DNA of 64,000 nt, taken from the NCBI GenBank assembly GCA_020638635.1, contig JACKIE010000002.1:133140-197139 (forward strand). Direction: 5' to 3'. The position numbers and the translations under genes are program-made. Below are positions 26,341 to 35,647 of the stretch, in pieces. The DNA comes from Planctomycetota bacterium. Lineage in GTDB: Bacteria; Planctomycetota; UBA8742; UBA2392. The notes beneath the pieces are model-generated. The model saw only the letters and a list, made by a program, of their open reading frames with translations. It was not told where the DNA came from and did not search any database. The stretch's first letter is position 1. The number at the start of each line of letters is the position of its first letter.

Positions 26341-28086
26341 TCAGTTGTCTTCGTGGGTTTTCAATCCGTCGCCAGGAGCCGTGAAGATGTACTCGCCCTC
26401 CTCAGGAGTTTCCATACGCAGCAGGGGCAGTTTGTGGTTGACCGATGTCTTTACCCAGCCCCGCGAAACCATGCTCTCCAGGCATTGCATCGCCGCCTGG
26501 AACAGGAACTTCTCCTCCCCGGGTTGACCCAGCTTGCTGATGGAGGAACGCAGGAGCGGCATCAGTTCGTTGATGTTGCGGGCCTGCTTCAGCGCGTTGT
26601 AGACGACTTCATATCCGCCGGCCAAAACCAGCACATCCCCGTCCCGCTCAAGTGCCTTTACAGGAGTGACGCGACCTTGCCATACGTGTGCGACATGCGT
26701 CTCCTTCGCGCCGTCCTCCCGAAGTTTGAAAACATTCTTCCCGTCGATGCGATAGCCGACTTTGCCATCCGAGGAGTGGCTCAGGCGGTGTTGCACCTGC
26801 TTGATGCTGGCCAGATTGAAACCGCCGATGTCCACCTGGCCGATGTGGTCGTCGATGCCGCCATTGCTGAGCCAGCGGAATGCTTCCTCAGGTGACAGGT
26901 TGAGTCCGGAGTTTTCCGCAATCCGTGAGCAATGTTCTTGAAGGTCACTGAAGCAGCCGTTCGCGGAGTACCAGTAATCAGCGAACTTCATGTGTTGGCG
27001 AATTCGCTTCCTCTGTATCGCGTCGTACTGCGACAACAACCAGTCTTTGTCGTGCTCAGCGCGTTCGATTTCCAGGATGGTGAATGCGCAGTGTTGAGCT
27101 CCGCTGTGGGTGAGTGTCAGGCCTGCAGCGAGGATCGGGTCGGCAAAGCCCATGCTTTCGCCGCACAGGAACCAGTTTTCGCCGTAGGCGCGATCGGCCA
27201 GGAACGACCAGTCCTTGGTCGCCCGCACGTTGCCGGACGAGGCCGCGTCTTCCAGCAGTGTCTTGATCGCAGGTTCAAGTGACAGGGCTTCCGCGTAGAG
27301 TTCCGCGCCGGTCTTGCCACTCTCTTTGAAGTACTTCGCGGGGCAGACCAGCCCGACGCTGGTTTCGTCGTCGCTCAGGGCGATGTACCAGATCCAGCCG
27401 AAGGGAACACTGCGAATCTGTACCCGGATGGTGCGCTTTTCGAGGAGTTGGTTGTTCAGGCCCGGTTTCTTCCAGTAGTCCCAGAACGCTACGTTTTGAA
27501 GCAACGTCGGACACTCTATCCGTACGCCCAAGGCCTCCCGCAGCACACCGACGTTGCCGCTGGCGTCGATGTAGTATTTGGCTGTGAGTGTCCGGCCTGT
27601 GTTGGTGTTCAGACCAGTGATCCGGTCGCCATCGCGAAGCACCTTGACGACGCTCGTTTCTTCAAACACATCACAACCCAGCTTTGCGGCGTGCTTCAGC
27701 AGGATTTGGTCGTACTTTGCCCGGTCTACTTGCAGGGCGACGCGCTTGCGCCACCCGCCGAAAGGAACCGGCCGCCGGGTGTCGCCAATTTCCTCCAGTG
27801 GAATGAAGCTGAACACCCATGGGTCGGTGGTCTTGCCCCATGTGTAGGTGGCTCCAAGTTTGATCACGAAATTGGCGGCCTCGATGTCATTCCATACGCC
27901 CATTTCATCGAGGATCGCACCGATGGCGGGAAGCTGGCTTTCTCCAACGTGCTCTCGTGGGAAGCGTGATTTCTCCAGGATCGCTACCTTCAGCGCCGGG
28001 TTGTACTTTTTCAGAAAGGTCCCGGCCGTGCTGCCCCCCGGACCTCCGCCAACAATGACTACGTCGTAGTGTTCTTCTGCCGACAT
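26341..28086 (-). CDS. FAD-dependent halogenase-like oxidoreductase (tryptophan-halogenase family), paralogue 1
   Basis: GxGxxG (VIVGGGPGGS). FPREHVGESQLP..FVIKLGATYTWG resembles the Lys-containing motif of CndH/PltA-type enzymes. FGWIWYIAL is a WxWxIP-like motif with Pro replaced by Ala. GFADPILAAG. Confidence 0.75.
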   Translation of the reverse strand: MSAEEHYDVVIVGGGPGGSTAGTFLKKYNPALKVAILEKSRFPREHVGESQLPAIGAILDEMGVWNDIEAANFVIKLGATYTWGKTTDPWVFSFIPLEEIGDTRRPVPFGGWRKRVALQVDRAKYDQILLKHAAKLGCDVFEETSVVKVLRDGDRITGLNTNTGRTLTAKYYIDASGNVGVLREALGVRIECPTLLQNVAFWDYWKKPGLNNQLLEKRTIRVQIRSVPFGWIWYIALSDDETSVGLVCPAKYFKESGKTGAELYAEALSLEPAIKTLLEDAASSGNVRATKDWSFLADRAYGENWFLCGESMGFADPILAAGLTLTHSGAQHCAFTILEIERAEHDKDWLLSQYDAIQRKRIRQHMKFADYWYSANGCFSDLQEHCSRIAENSGLNLSPEEAFRWLSNGGIDDHIGQVDIGGFNLASIKQVQHRLSHSSDGKVGYRIDGKNVFKLREDGAKETHVAHVWQGRVTPVKALERDGDVLVLAGGYEVVYNALKQARNINELMPLLRSSISKLGQPGEEKFLFQAAMQCLESMVSRGWVKTSVNHKLPLLRMETPEEGEYIFTAPGDGLKTHEDN

Positions 28087-28180
28087 GAGTTGTTCCCCAC
28101 GGTTTGGCCGGAGTGTAGCGGATCAAGGCCGGGAGGGGAGGGCGCGGCCCGGGAAACAACTCGCTGAATTGCCCAGTGCA

Positions 28181-29878
28181 TCACTCCGCAGAACGCAGAA
28201 TCTGGCCTTCCTTGGGCGTCTGCATCCTCAGCGCCGGCTTGCCCCTTTGCTGCGACGTTTTTACCCAGCCGTTTACCACCATCCACTCCAGGCACTCCAG
28301 CGCCGCCTGATGCAGCGCTTTGGCGGCCGGATTGCCGCTGATTGCGCGCTGCAGCGCGTTCATGAAGTCCGCCGCCAGGGGCGAGGTTTGCAGGGCGTCG
28401 AACACCAGCTTGTAACCGCCGATCATGGGCAGCACCTGCTGCTCGCGCTGCCAGGCCGGCACCTTGTGGATGCGCCCTTCCAGCGGCAGAGGCAGATGGG
28501 TCAGCTCCGCACCCTCCATGCGCAGCTTGAAGTGCGTCTTGCCGTCGATGTTGTAGGTGACCGGCCCCTCGCTCTCGTGTCCCATGCGCCACTGCAGCGC
28601 GCGCAGGCCGGAAACGTTCACACCGCCCGTTGAGCCCGCGCCCAGGTCGTCGTCGATGCCGCCGTTGCTCAGCCAGCGGAATGCGGCTTCGGGCGTCATC
28701 TTCAGGCCGGCCTCGGCGGCGATGCGCGCGCAGTTTTCCTCGATGGCCGAAAAGAACCCGTTTCCCGAGTACCAGTAGTCCGCGAACTTGATGTGCTGCC
28801 GGATGCGCTTGAGCTGAATGGTGTCGTAGTGCTTCAGCAGCCAGTCGCGCTCATGCTCGCCGCGTTCGAGCTCCATGATCAGGTACGCGCAGTGCTGCGC
28901 GCAGGTGTGGGTCAGCGCCATGCCGGCGGAAAGAATCGGGTCCGCAAACCCCAGCGCCTCCCCGACCAGGAACCAGTTGCGCCCGTGGCCGCGCTCGGAC
29001 ACGAACGACCAGTCCTTGCGCGCGCGTACCTTGCCATCGGGCGCCGCCTCGGCGAGCAGCCGGTTGACGGATTGCTCAAGCTTTACCGACTCGTGGTACA
29101 GCGCTTCCGGCGACTTGCCGCTTTTTTGGAAGTACTCGGCCGGCGTGACCAGCCCGACGCTGGAGCGGTTCTCGTCCAAGGCGATGTACCAAAGCCAGCC
29201 GTAGGGAAGGCTGCGGATCAGGATGCGGATGGTGCGCGTCTCAAGCAGCGAGCTGTTCAGCCCCGGCTTTTGCCAGTACTCCCAGAACGCCACGTTCTGC
29301 AGGGCCGTGGGCACGTCCACTTTCACGCCCAGGGCACGGCGGATTACGGCCGCGTCGCCGCTGGCATCCACATAGTGTTTGGCGGTCACCACGCGGCCGT
29401 CGTCGAGACGCAACTCGCGGATTTCGTCGTCGGCATGGACCACTTCGCGCACGCCGACGGGCTGAAGCACCTGGCAGCCCAGTTCGGCCGAGTGTCTCAA
29501 CAGTATGTCGTCATAGCTCGCTCGATCGACCTGGAAGGCGACCTTCTGGCGCCAGCCCTCGTAACGGGCGGGGCGCGGTTCGTCGCGGATCTGGTCGTTC
29601 GAGACAAAGCCGAACAGCCAGGGCTCCGTCTGTTTGCCCCAGGTGTAATTGGCGCCCAGCTTGACGATGAAGTTGGCGGCCTCGACTTTGTCCCAGGCGC
29701 CCATGTCGTGCAGTACGCGTCCGACGGGCGGCAGCTGGCTCTCGCCGACGTGCTCGCGCGGGAATGCCTCGCGCTCGATGATCGCCACGGAAAGCGCTGG
29801 CATGTACTTCCTGATCAGCGCGCCGACGGTCGAGCCGCCGGGCCCGCCGCCGACGATGGCCACGTCAAAGTGCAGCAT
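28181..29878 (-). CDS. FAD-dependent halogenase-like oxidoreductase, paralogue 2
   Basis: Collinear with 26341..28086 by eye (about 60% identity). Motifs VAIVGGGPGGS, FIVKLGANYTWG, YGWLWYIAL and GFADPILSAG. Confidence 0.75.
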   Translation of the reverse strand: MLHFDVAIVGGGPGGSTVGALIRKYMPALSVAIIEREAFPREHVGESQLPPVGRVLHDMGAWDKVEAANFIVKLGANYTWGKQTEPWLFGFVSNDQIRDEPRPARYEGWRQKVAFQVDRASYDDILLRHSAELGCQVLQPVGVREVVHADDEIRELRLDDGRVVTAKHYVDASGDAAVIRRALGVKVDVPTALQNVAFWEYWQKPGLNSSLLETRTIRILIRSLPYGWLWYIALDENRSSVGLVTPAEYFQKSGKSPEALYHESVKLEQSVNRLLAEAAPDGKVRARKDWSFVSERGHGRNWFLVGEALGFADPILSAGMALTHTCAQHCAYLIMELERGEHERDWLLKHYDTIQLKRIRQHIKFADYWYSGNGFFSAIEENCARIAAEAGLKMTPEAAFRWLSNGGIDDDLGAGSTGGVNVSGLRALQWRMGHESEGPVTYNIDGKTHFKLRMEGAELTHLPLPLEGRIHKVPAWQREQQVLPMIGGYKLVFDALQTSPLAADFMNALQRAISGNPAAKALHQAALECLEWMVVNGWVKTSQQRGKPALRMQTPKEGQILRSAE

Positions 29879-29939
29879 CTGGTTTCCCCACGTAGAAGCG
29901 CGGACAGTTTAGTGCGGGGCAGCGATCCGTGCAGGGGGA

Positions 29940-31166
29940 TCAGCGCATCTGTTCGGGGCTTTGCTTGGCCCACTCGGCTAGCTGCTTCAGGTAGGCTTTG
30001 TCGAAGGCCTTCAGGTCAGCGCTTATGTGCTGCTTGAACGCGTCCAGTTGCTTGGAGGCCGAGTCCAGCTTGCCGTTCTGCAGTTCCTGCTCGAACTTGC
30101 TGAAGCCCTCTTTGTGGTCACTGTTACGCAGGTAGTAAATGAAAGCCCAGGAGTTCTGGTAAAACTCCGGGTCCACCTCGCCCCACCAGTTCTGGTTCAG
30201 CGTGTCTTCGGCGCCCTTGATTTTCTTCTTCTTCAGCAGCTTGCCGCAGAAGTACAGGCTGTAGTTCACCTCCGGCACCAGCTGCCCCATCTCGAGCTTC
30301 TTGCCGTCCCAGCTGTGCATGCTCCAGTACTCGGCCGTGCCCTCCTTGTACCAGGCGGGCGTGTTCCACAGCTTCTGCGTGACCAGGCCGTCGAACTGGT
30401 GGCGCGCCTCGTGCAGCAGCACCCGGCGTGTGCGGTACCAGTCGTGGAAGTAACTGAGCCGGCACACGCGGCCGTCGAAGAAGCCCTGGGACTTTTTCAT
30501 GTCGTCGCTGAAGCTTTCGATGTCGCTTTCGATCATCGCCACGAAGTCGGCGTTGGTCTTCAGGATGTCCACTTCCAGTGTGATGGCCTTGACCGGGTCG
30601 TACTCCACCCCCGCGTCGGCGCGCCATGCACGCACGGCCTGCTCGAGCAGAGCCGCCAGCTCCGTGGTTTCCTCGGGCTTGAGGCGCGAGGTGATCACGA
30701 ATTCGCGCGTGATGACTTCATGCCAGTCATCGCGGGCGTGGGCCATGAGGGGCTGGCCGGCTTCCAGTTGCGCGATTTCGTCCGCGGTCAGGCGGTAGTC
30801 GTGCACCAGCTTCCAGGCTGATTTCTGCTCAGGCGTGGCGTCCACCCATTCGGTGAGGCGGCGGGTCCTGCCCTTGGCGATCTGCATTGCGTCGTATGAC
30901 TCGTGCCAGCTTTCGCCATCGAGCACGTGGCCGAGGGACTTGTGCGCTGTCTCGTCGGCCGGCGCCAGCTTGATGATCTCGCGATAGAGCCGCAGCTCGC
31001 TCTGGCGCAGCTTCTTTAGCTTGCACCACTTGGCCAGCTTGTGGCGGCCTTCGACGTCGTCGGCTGTAAGGGCGGCCTTCTTGTCGGCTAGCTCTTTGTG
31101 CAGGCTTTCCAGCTCGGCGGCCTGCAGCGGGGCGGCTAGTGATAGAAGAAGCAACAACAAGCGCAT
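29940..31166 (-). CDS. secreted protein with HExxH motif (putative metallopeptidase-like; resembles planctomycetal DUF1570-type proteins)
   Basis: Start trimmed to ATG 31166 (signal peptide MRLLLLLLSLAAPLQA). LLHEARHQFDG contains HEARH. The function is not established. Confidence 0.6.
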   Translation of the reverse strand: MRLLLLLLSLAAPLQAAELESLHKELADKKAALTADDVEGRHKLAKWCKLKKLRQSELRLYREIIKLAPADETAHKSLGHVLDGESWHESYDAMQIAKGRTRRLTEWVDATPEQKSAWKLVHDYRLTADEIAQLEAGQPLMAHARDDWHEVITREFVITSRLKPEETTELAALLEQAVRAWRADAGVEYDPVKAITLEVDILKTNADFVAMIESDIESFSDDMKKSQGFFDGRVCRLSYFHDWYRTRRVLLHEARHQFDGLVTQKLWNTPAWYKEGTAEYWSMHSWDGKKLEMGQLVPEVNYSLYFCGKLLKKKKIKGAEDTLNQNWWGEVDPEFYQNSWAFIYYLRNSDHKEGFSKFEQELQNGKLDSASKQLDAFKQHISADLKAFDKAYLKQLAEWAKQSPEQMR

Positions 31167-31337
31167 GGCGAACCAGGCAGGGGAAGGGCCGGGAGGGACA
31201 GTATAGCAGTTGATGGGGAGGCAGCTTTTCGGCAATTTCAGCGCATTCAACCGTTTCAGGATTTCCTGAAAAACTTGAACGGATTTCTTGTTTTCCACAC
31301 CCACGAAAAGCATGCTCGCCCCCCTACGGGAGAAGGC

Positions 31338-32375
31338 GTGCGGTTCAGCAACGTTCACATTGAATCTGTCGGCTATTTGCTGCCCGATCGTGTCGTGACC
31401 TCACTGGAAATCGAGGACCGGCTGGCCCCCGCCTATGAACGACTGGGGCTGCACCCCGGACGGATCGAATTGATGTCCGGCATCCGCGAACGCCGGCATT
31501 TTGAGCCGGGCACACGCCCCAGCGCGGTTGCAACCAAGGCGGCGGAGTTTGCCCTGCAGCGCGCGGGCATCGATCGCGATCAACTCGGCATCCTGATCTT
31601 CAGCAGCGTGTGCCGCGATTTCATGGAGCCGGCCACGGCCAGCGTGGTGCACGCGAACCTGAAGCTGCCGCTGGGCTGCCAGTGCTTCGACCTGTCCAAC
31701 GCCTGCCTCGGCTTCGCCAACGCCATGATGGTGGCGGCCAACATGATCGAGCTGGGCCAGGTCAAGGCCGCGCTGGTTGTCGCCGGTGAAGACGGCGGGC
31801 CGCTGGTGGAGGCGACCATAAAGCGGCTGAATGAAGACAGCAGCATCGGCCGCAAAGAAAGCAAGCTCAGCTTCGCCAGCCTGACCATCGGCTCAGGCGC
31901 GGCCGCCATGGTGCTGACGCACGCGGACCTGGCAAAACACGACCACAAGCTGCTGAGCGGCGGCATGTTGGTGGATTCCAGCGCCGTGGAGCTGTGCCAG
32001 GGCGGCGTTGTGGAAGGTGCTGCGGGGCCGCTGATGCAGACAGACAGCGAGACCCTGATGCAGGAAGGAGTGAAGCTGGCCACCCGGGTCTGGGCGGAAA
32101 CCAAGGCTGAACTCGGCTGGCAGAACAGCGATGTAGACCGCGTGTTCGCCCACCAGGTGGGCGTGATGCACCGCAAGCTGCTGTTCGAGAAGCTTGAGCT
32201 GGACCCGGCCAAGGATTTCCCGACCGTCGAGACGCTGGGGAACATCGGCAGCGTAAGCCTGCCGATCTCACTCAGCCTCGGCCTCGAGCAGGGCAAGGTG
32301 AACGCCGGCGACAACGTGGCGCTGCTGGGCATCGGCAGCGGCCTGGTGTGCCTGAACATGGGGGTGCGCTGGTGA
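31338..32375 (+). CDS. oleA: OleA-type thiolase (FabH-like 3-oxoacyl-ACP synthase III family)
   Basis: FabH-like fold with active-site FDLSNACLGF. Followed directly by oleB, oleC and oleD. GTG 31338 with RBS GGGAGAAGG is preferred over ATG 31275. Confidence 0.8.
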   Translation: MRFSNVHIESVGYLLPDRVVTSLEIEDRLAPAYERLGLHPGRIELMSGIRERRHFEPGTRPSAVATKAAEFALQRAGIDRDQLGILIFSSVCRDFMEPATASVVHANLKLPLGCQCFDLSNACLGFANAMMVAANMIELGQVKAALVVAGEDGGPLVEATIKRLNEDSSIGRKESKLSFASLTIGSGAAAMVLTHADLAKHDHKLLSGGMLVDSSAVELCQGGVVEGAAGPLMQTDSETLMQEGVKLATRVWAETKAELGWQNSDVDRVFAHQVGVMHRKLLFEKLELDPAKDFPTVETLGNIGSVSLPISLSLGLEQGKVNAGDNVALLGIGSGLVCLNMGVRW

Positions 32376-33394
32376 CCACCACTGAACAGGCGCGCCCCTT
32401 CACGGGCATCTGGGAACGCGAATACCCCTTCGCGTCGAACTGGCTCGACCTCGGCGAGGCGCGGCTGCATTACATCGATGAAGGGAGCGCTGGCTTCCAG
32501 CCGGCATCCGCCTTGGACGTCCCGTCCAAGGCTCGGGGCGTGAGACAGAGGCCAACGCCGAATGCAGGCGGGACGCCTGCGCTCCTGTTCCTGCACGGCA
32601 ACCCGACCTGGAGCTTCTACTGGCGCCACCTGGTCGAGGCCTTCCGGCCCACCAACCGATGCGTCGCCCTGGACCACATGGGCTGCGGCCTCTCCGACAA
32701 GCCCCAGTTCTACCCCTACACCCTGGCCCAGCACATCGAGAACGCCCGCGCGCTGGTCTACAAGCTTGACCTGCGCGACATCGTGCTGTGCGTCCACGAC
32801 TGGGGCGGCGCCATCGGCATGGGCCTGGCTGCGCAGATCCCGGACCGCATCAAAGGCTTCGTGGTGTTCAACACGGCCGCGTTCCCCAGCCGGCGCATGC
32901 CTTTGAGTATTGGCCTGTGCCGCCTACCGGGCTTCGGCGCGTTCGCGATCCGCGGCCTGAATGCTTTCGTGCGCGGTGCACTTGCGCGTTGCGCGAAGAA
33001 GCCGCTGTCAGCCGAAGCCAAGGCCGGCTACCTGGCGCCCTACAGCAACTGGGACGACCGCGTGGCCAACCTGCGCTTCGTGCAGGACATCCCGATGGAC
33101 ACGGGCCACGAGAGCTGGCCGACGCTGCAAGCCGTGGAGGCCGGCCTCGCGCAGTTCAAGCAGCACCCGATGCTGCTGTGCTGGGGCCGCCACGACTTCG
33201 TGTTCAATGACTCGTTCCTGCACGAGTGGCAGCAGCGCTTCCCGCAGGCGGAAACACAGTACTTCGAAAACGCCGGGCACTTCGTGGTGGAGGACGCCCG
33301 CAACGAGATCATAGCGGCCATGAAACGGTTCCTCGCGGGCGAAGAGCAGACCTACACGGACGAGCACCACTCTTCGGTCAACCTGCACGCATGA
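32372..33394 (+). CDS. oleB: OleB-type alpha/beta hydrolase (haloalkane-dehalogenase-like beta-lactone decarboxylase family)
   Basis: FLHGNPTWSFYWRH and VHDWGGAIG (Asp nucleophile). The GTGA overlap with the oleA stop suggests start 32372 (alternative 32348). The N-terminal region contains a REPIN-derived insert. Confidence 0.8.
   Translation: MTTTEQARPFTGIWEREYPFASNWLDLGEARLHYIDEGSAGFQPASALDVPSKARGVRQRPTPNAGGTPALLFLHGNPTWSFYWRHLVEAFRPTNRCVALDHMGCGLSDKPQFYPYTLAQHIENARALVYKLDLRDIVLCVHDWGGAIGMGLAAQIPDRIKGFVVFNTAAFPSRRMPLSIGLCRLPGFGAFAIRGLNAFVRGALARCAKKPLSAEAKAGYLAPYSNWDDRVANLRFVQDIPMDTGHESWPTLQAVEAGLAQFKQHPMLLCWGRHDFVFNDSFLHEWQQRFPQAETQYFENAGHFVVEDARNEIIAAMKRFLAGEEQTYTDEHHSSVNLHA
32483..32585. 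repeat. REPIN/MITE-like palindromic element inside the oleB coding sequence (in frame)
   Basis: GGGAGCGCTGGCTTCCAGCCGGC...GGACGtccCGTCC...GCAGGCGggaCGCCTGCGCTCC. Same family as 39844-39943 and 40188-40289. Translated as GSAGFQPASALDVPSKARGVRQRPTPNAGGTPAL. Confidence 0.7.
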
Positions 33395-33408
33395 GAAAAG
33401 GACACGGC

Positions 33409-33837
33409 ATGAACCGCAAAGAACCGCAAAGGACCGCGAAGAAAGACCTTGGGGATGACTTGCTGCTGAAGGAAGAAGTCTACGCCGTGATCGGCGCAGC
33501 GATCGAGGTGCATAAAGAGTTGGGACACGGCTTTCTGGAAGGCGTGTACGACGAGTGCTTCGGCTACGAGATGGAAGACAGACACGTTCCGCACGTAGCC
33601 CAACCAGAAGTGGAGATTCGGTACAAGCGCAGGCGCTGCAAGAAGAAGTACGTCCCAGATTACCTTTGCTTCGGCGAGATCGTGGTCGAGATCAAAGCAA
33701 TCAAGGTGCCGACAGAAGTCGAGGAAGCCCAGCTGATCAATTATCTACGGGCGACGGGCAAGCCTGTCGGTCTGCTCATGAACTTCGGAGCACGAGGGAA
33801 ACTGGAGTGGAAACGCATCGCACTGACGAAGGCGTAG
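33409..33837 (+). CDS. GxxExxY family protein (PD-(D/E)XK-like)
   Basis: GFLEGVYDE motif and the EIKA..KVPTEVEEAQLINYLRATGKPVGLLMNFG core. Wedged between oleB and oleC. Confidence 0.85.
   Translation: MNRKEPQRTAKKDLGDDLLLKEEVYAVIGAAIEVHKELGHGFLEGVYDECFGYEMEDRHVPHVAQPEVEIRYKRRRCKKKYVPDYLCFGEIVVEIKAIKVPTEVEEAQLINYLRATGKPVGLLMNFGARGKLEWKRIALTKA
33412..33441. repeat. left 30-bp inverted repeat of the GxxExxY cassette
   Basis: AACCGCAAAGAACCGCAAAGGACCGCGAAG, made of three decamer units. It is the reverse complement of 33841-33870 with 29/30 matches. Confidence 0.85.
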
Positions 33838-33840
33838 TTC

Positions 33841-33870
33841 CTTCGCGGTCCTTTGCGGTTCTTAGCGGTT
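33841..33870. repeat. right 30-bp inverted repeat of the GxxExxY cassette
   Basis: CTTCGCGGTCCTTTGCGGTTCTTAGCGGTT. It starts 4 nt after the cassette stop codon and ends 8 nt before the oleC ATG. Confidence 0.85.
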
Positions 33871-33877
33871 AATCAGC

Positions 33878-35647
33878 ATGACTATCAGTGAAGCAGAGCT
33901 GCCGGTTGCACGTGCTACCTCGGTCCAGGCCGTGGCGCCGCGCTGTAACGTCAGCGACTTCATCTTCGAGCAGGCGAAGCAGCGCCCTGAACAGGCGGCC
34001 GTGATCGAGCATGCCACTGGCCGTCGCGTCACCTACGCCGAGCTGGCAAAACGCATCGAGAACATCACCTTCGGCCTGACCCAGCTTGGCATCTGCAACG
34101 GCGCGCGCACGGTGTTCGCGATCAAGCCGGGCATCGAGTTCGTCGAGACCGTGTTCGCCTTGTTCCGCGCCGGGGCCGTGCCTGTGGTGGTCGATCCCGG
34201 CATGGGCGTGGATAACATGCTCAAGTGCATCGAGGAAGCTCAGCCCACGGCGCTGGTTGGCATCCCGATGGCGCACATGCTGAGCAAGCTGAAGTCCCGT
34301 GCCTTCCGCAGCGTGAAGCAGCGCGTCACTGTTGGCCGTCGCTGGCTGTGGGGCGGCGCCAGCCTTGATGAACTGCGCGCGCGCAACGTAACGGGCGCAC
34401 AGGCCGCACCCACCACGGCCGAAACCACGGCCGCGATCCTGTTCACATCAGGCGCGACCGGCGTGCCCAAGGGCGTGGTGTTCCGCCAAGGTGTGTTCGT
34501 CGGGCAGACGGAGATGATCCGCGATGCCTACGACATCCAGCCCGGCGAAGTTGACGTGCCGTGCTTCGCACTGTTCGCGCTGTTCAGCGTGGCGATGGGC
34601 GTGACCATCGTGCTGCCCGACATCGATTTCTCGAATCCCGGCAAGGCCAGCCCTGCCAAGGTGGTGGACGCCATCAACGCCCACCACGCCACCATGAGTT
34701 TCGGCTCTCCGGCCGTGTGGAAGCGCGTGGGACCATACCTTGAGCAGACCGGCGTGACGCTGCCGACAATCAAGCGCATCCTGATCGCGGGCGCGCCGGT
34801 GCCATTCACGACACTGGCAATGTTCAAGGGCAAGCTCGCGCCCGAGGGCGACCTGCACACGCCTTACGGGGCCACGGAGTCGCTGCCCTTCAGCACCATC
34901 AGCGCGAGCGAGATCCTGGGCGAGACGCGGCTCGACACCGCCAACGGCGCAGGCACCTGCGTGGGCAAGCCGCTGCCCGGTGTGAACGCGAAGGTAATCC
35001 GCTTTGTGGACGGACCGATTGCGAGCCTTGATGACGCCGAAGAGCTGCCGACCGGCGAAGTCGGCGAGATCATCGTCAACAGCCCGGTGACCACACAGGA
35101 GTACTTCAACCGGCCGGAGAACAACAAGCTCGCCAAGATCCGTAGCGCAGGCGTCCCGCCTGCACAGGGCACGGCCGCCCCGCCCGTGCCAGAATCTCTC
35201 GGGCACGGTGCCCGCGATAGCGCGCGGCTCTGGCATCGCATGGGCGACGCCGGCTACTTCGACGCGAACGGCCGCCTGTGGTTCTGCGGCCGTGTGAATC
35301 ACCGCGTGGAAACCGCAAACGGCACAATGTGGCCGATCCGCGTAGAGGCCATCTTCAACAACCACGACGCCATCAGCCGCTGCGCGCTGGTGGGCCTGGG
35401 CGACCGGCCGAACCAGGTGCCCTGCATCGTGATCGAGTTGCACGACGGCCACATCCCCGAGAAAGACCTGCGCGAGCGCATCCGTAGTGAACTGCAGCGC
35501 ATGGCCGACGCCCACGAGCTGACCCGCGGCATCCGGTACTTCCTGTTCCATGAAGGCCTGCCCGTGGACGTGCGCCACAACGCCAAGATCAACCGAGAGG
35601 CCCTGAAGCACTGGGCCGATACCCAACTGCCTGAGGTGACGCAATGA
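33878..35647 (+). CDS. oleC: OleC-type AMP-dependent synthetase (olefin beta-lactone synthetase family)
   Basis: AMP-binding motif LFTSGATGVPKGVV, plus YGATE and WHRMGDAGYFD. Positioned in the ole operon. Contains a 30-aa REP-derived insert. Confidence 0.85.
   Translation: MTISEAELPVARATSVQAVAPRCNVSDFIFEQAKQRPEQAAVIEHATGRRVTYAELAKRIENITFGLTQLGICNGARTVFAIKPGIEFVETVFALFRAGAVPVVVDPGMGVDNMLKCIEEAQPTALVGIPMAHMLSKLKSRAFRSVKQRVTVGRRWLWGGASLDELRARNVTGAQAAPTTAETTAAILFTSGATGVPKGVVFRQGVFVGQTEMIRDAYDIQPGEVDVPCFALFALFSVAMGVTIVLPDIDFSNPGKASPAKVVDAINAHHATMSFGSPAVWKRVGPYLEQTGVTLPTIKRILIAGAPVPFTTLAMFKGKLAPEGDLHTPYGATESLPFSTISASEILGETRLDTANGAGTCVGKPLPGVNAKVIRFVDGPIASLDDAEELPTGEVGEIIVNSPVTTQEYFNRPENNKLAKIRSAGVPPAQGTAAPPVPESLGHGARDSARLWHRMGDAGYFDANGRLWFCGRVNHRVETANGTMWPIRVEAIFNNHDAISRCALVGLGDRPNQVPCIVIELHDGHIPEKDLRERIRSELQRMADAHELTRGIRYFLFHEGLPVDVRHNAKINREALKHWADTQLPEVTQ
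35142..35231. repeat. REP-like hairpin cluster inside the oleC coding sequence (in frame)
   Basis: GTAGCGCAGGCGtccCGCCTGCAC, GGCACGG..CCGTGCC and CGGGCACGGTGCCCG. The first 60 nt are collinear with the left end of the RAYT element (42383-42440). Translated as RSAGVPPAQGTAAPPVPESLGHGARDSARL. Confidence 0.65.

Noticed and set aside
28793-30037. 414-aa plus-strand ORF opposite the halogenase-like paralogue 2
   Set aside because: It is an antisense shadow. The minus-strand product has FAD and halogenase-type motifs and a paralogue next door.
31580-32797. 405-aa minus-strand ORF across oleA/oleB
   Set aside because: It is antisense to two genes with clear family motifs and has low-complexity composition.
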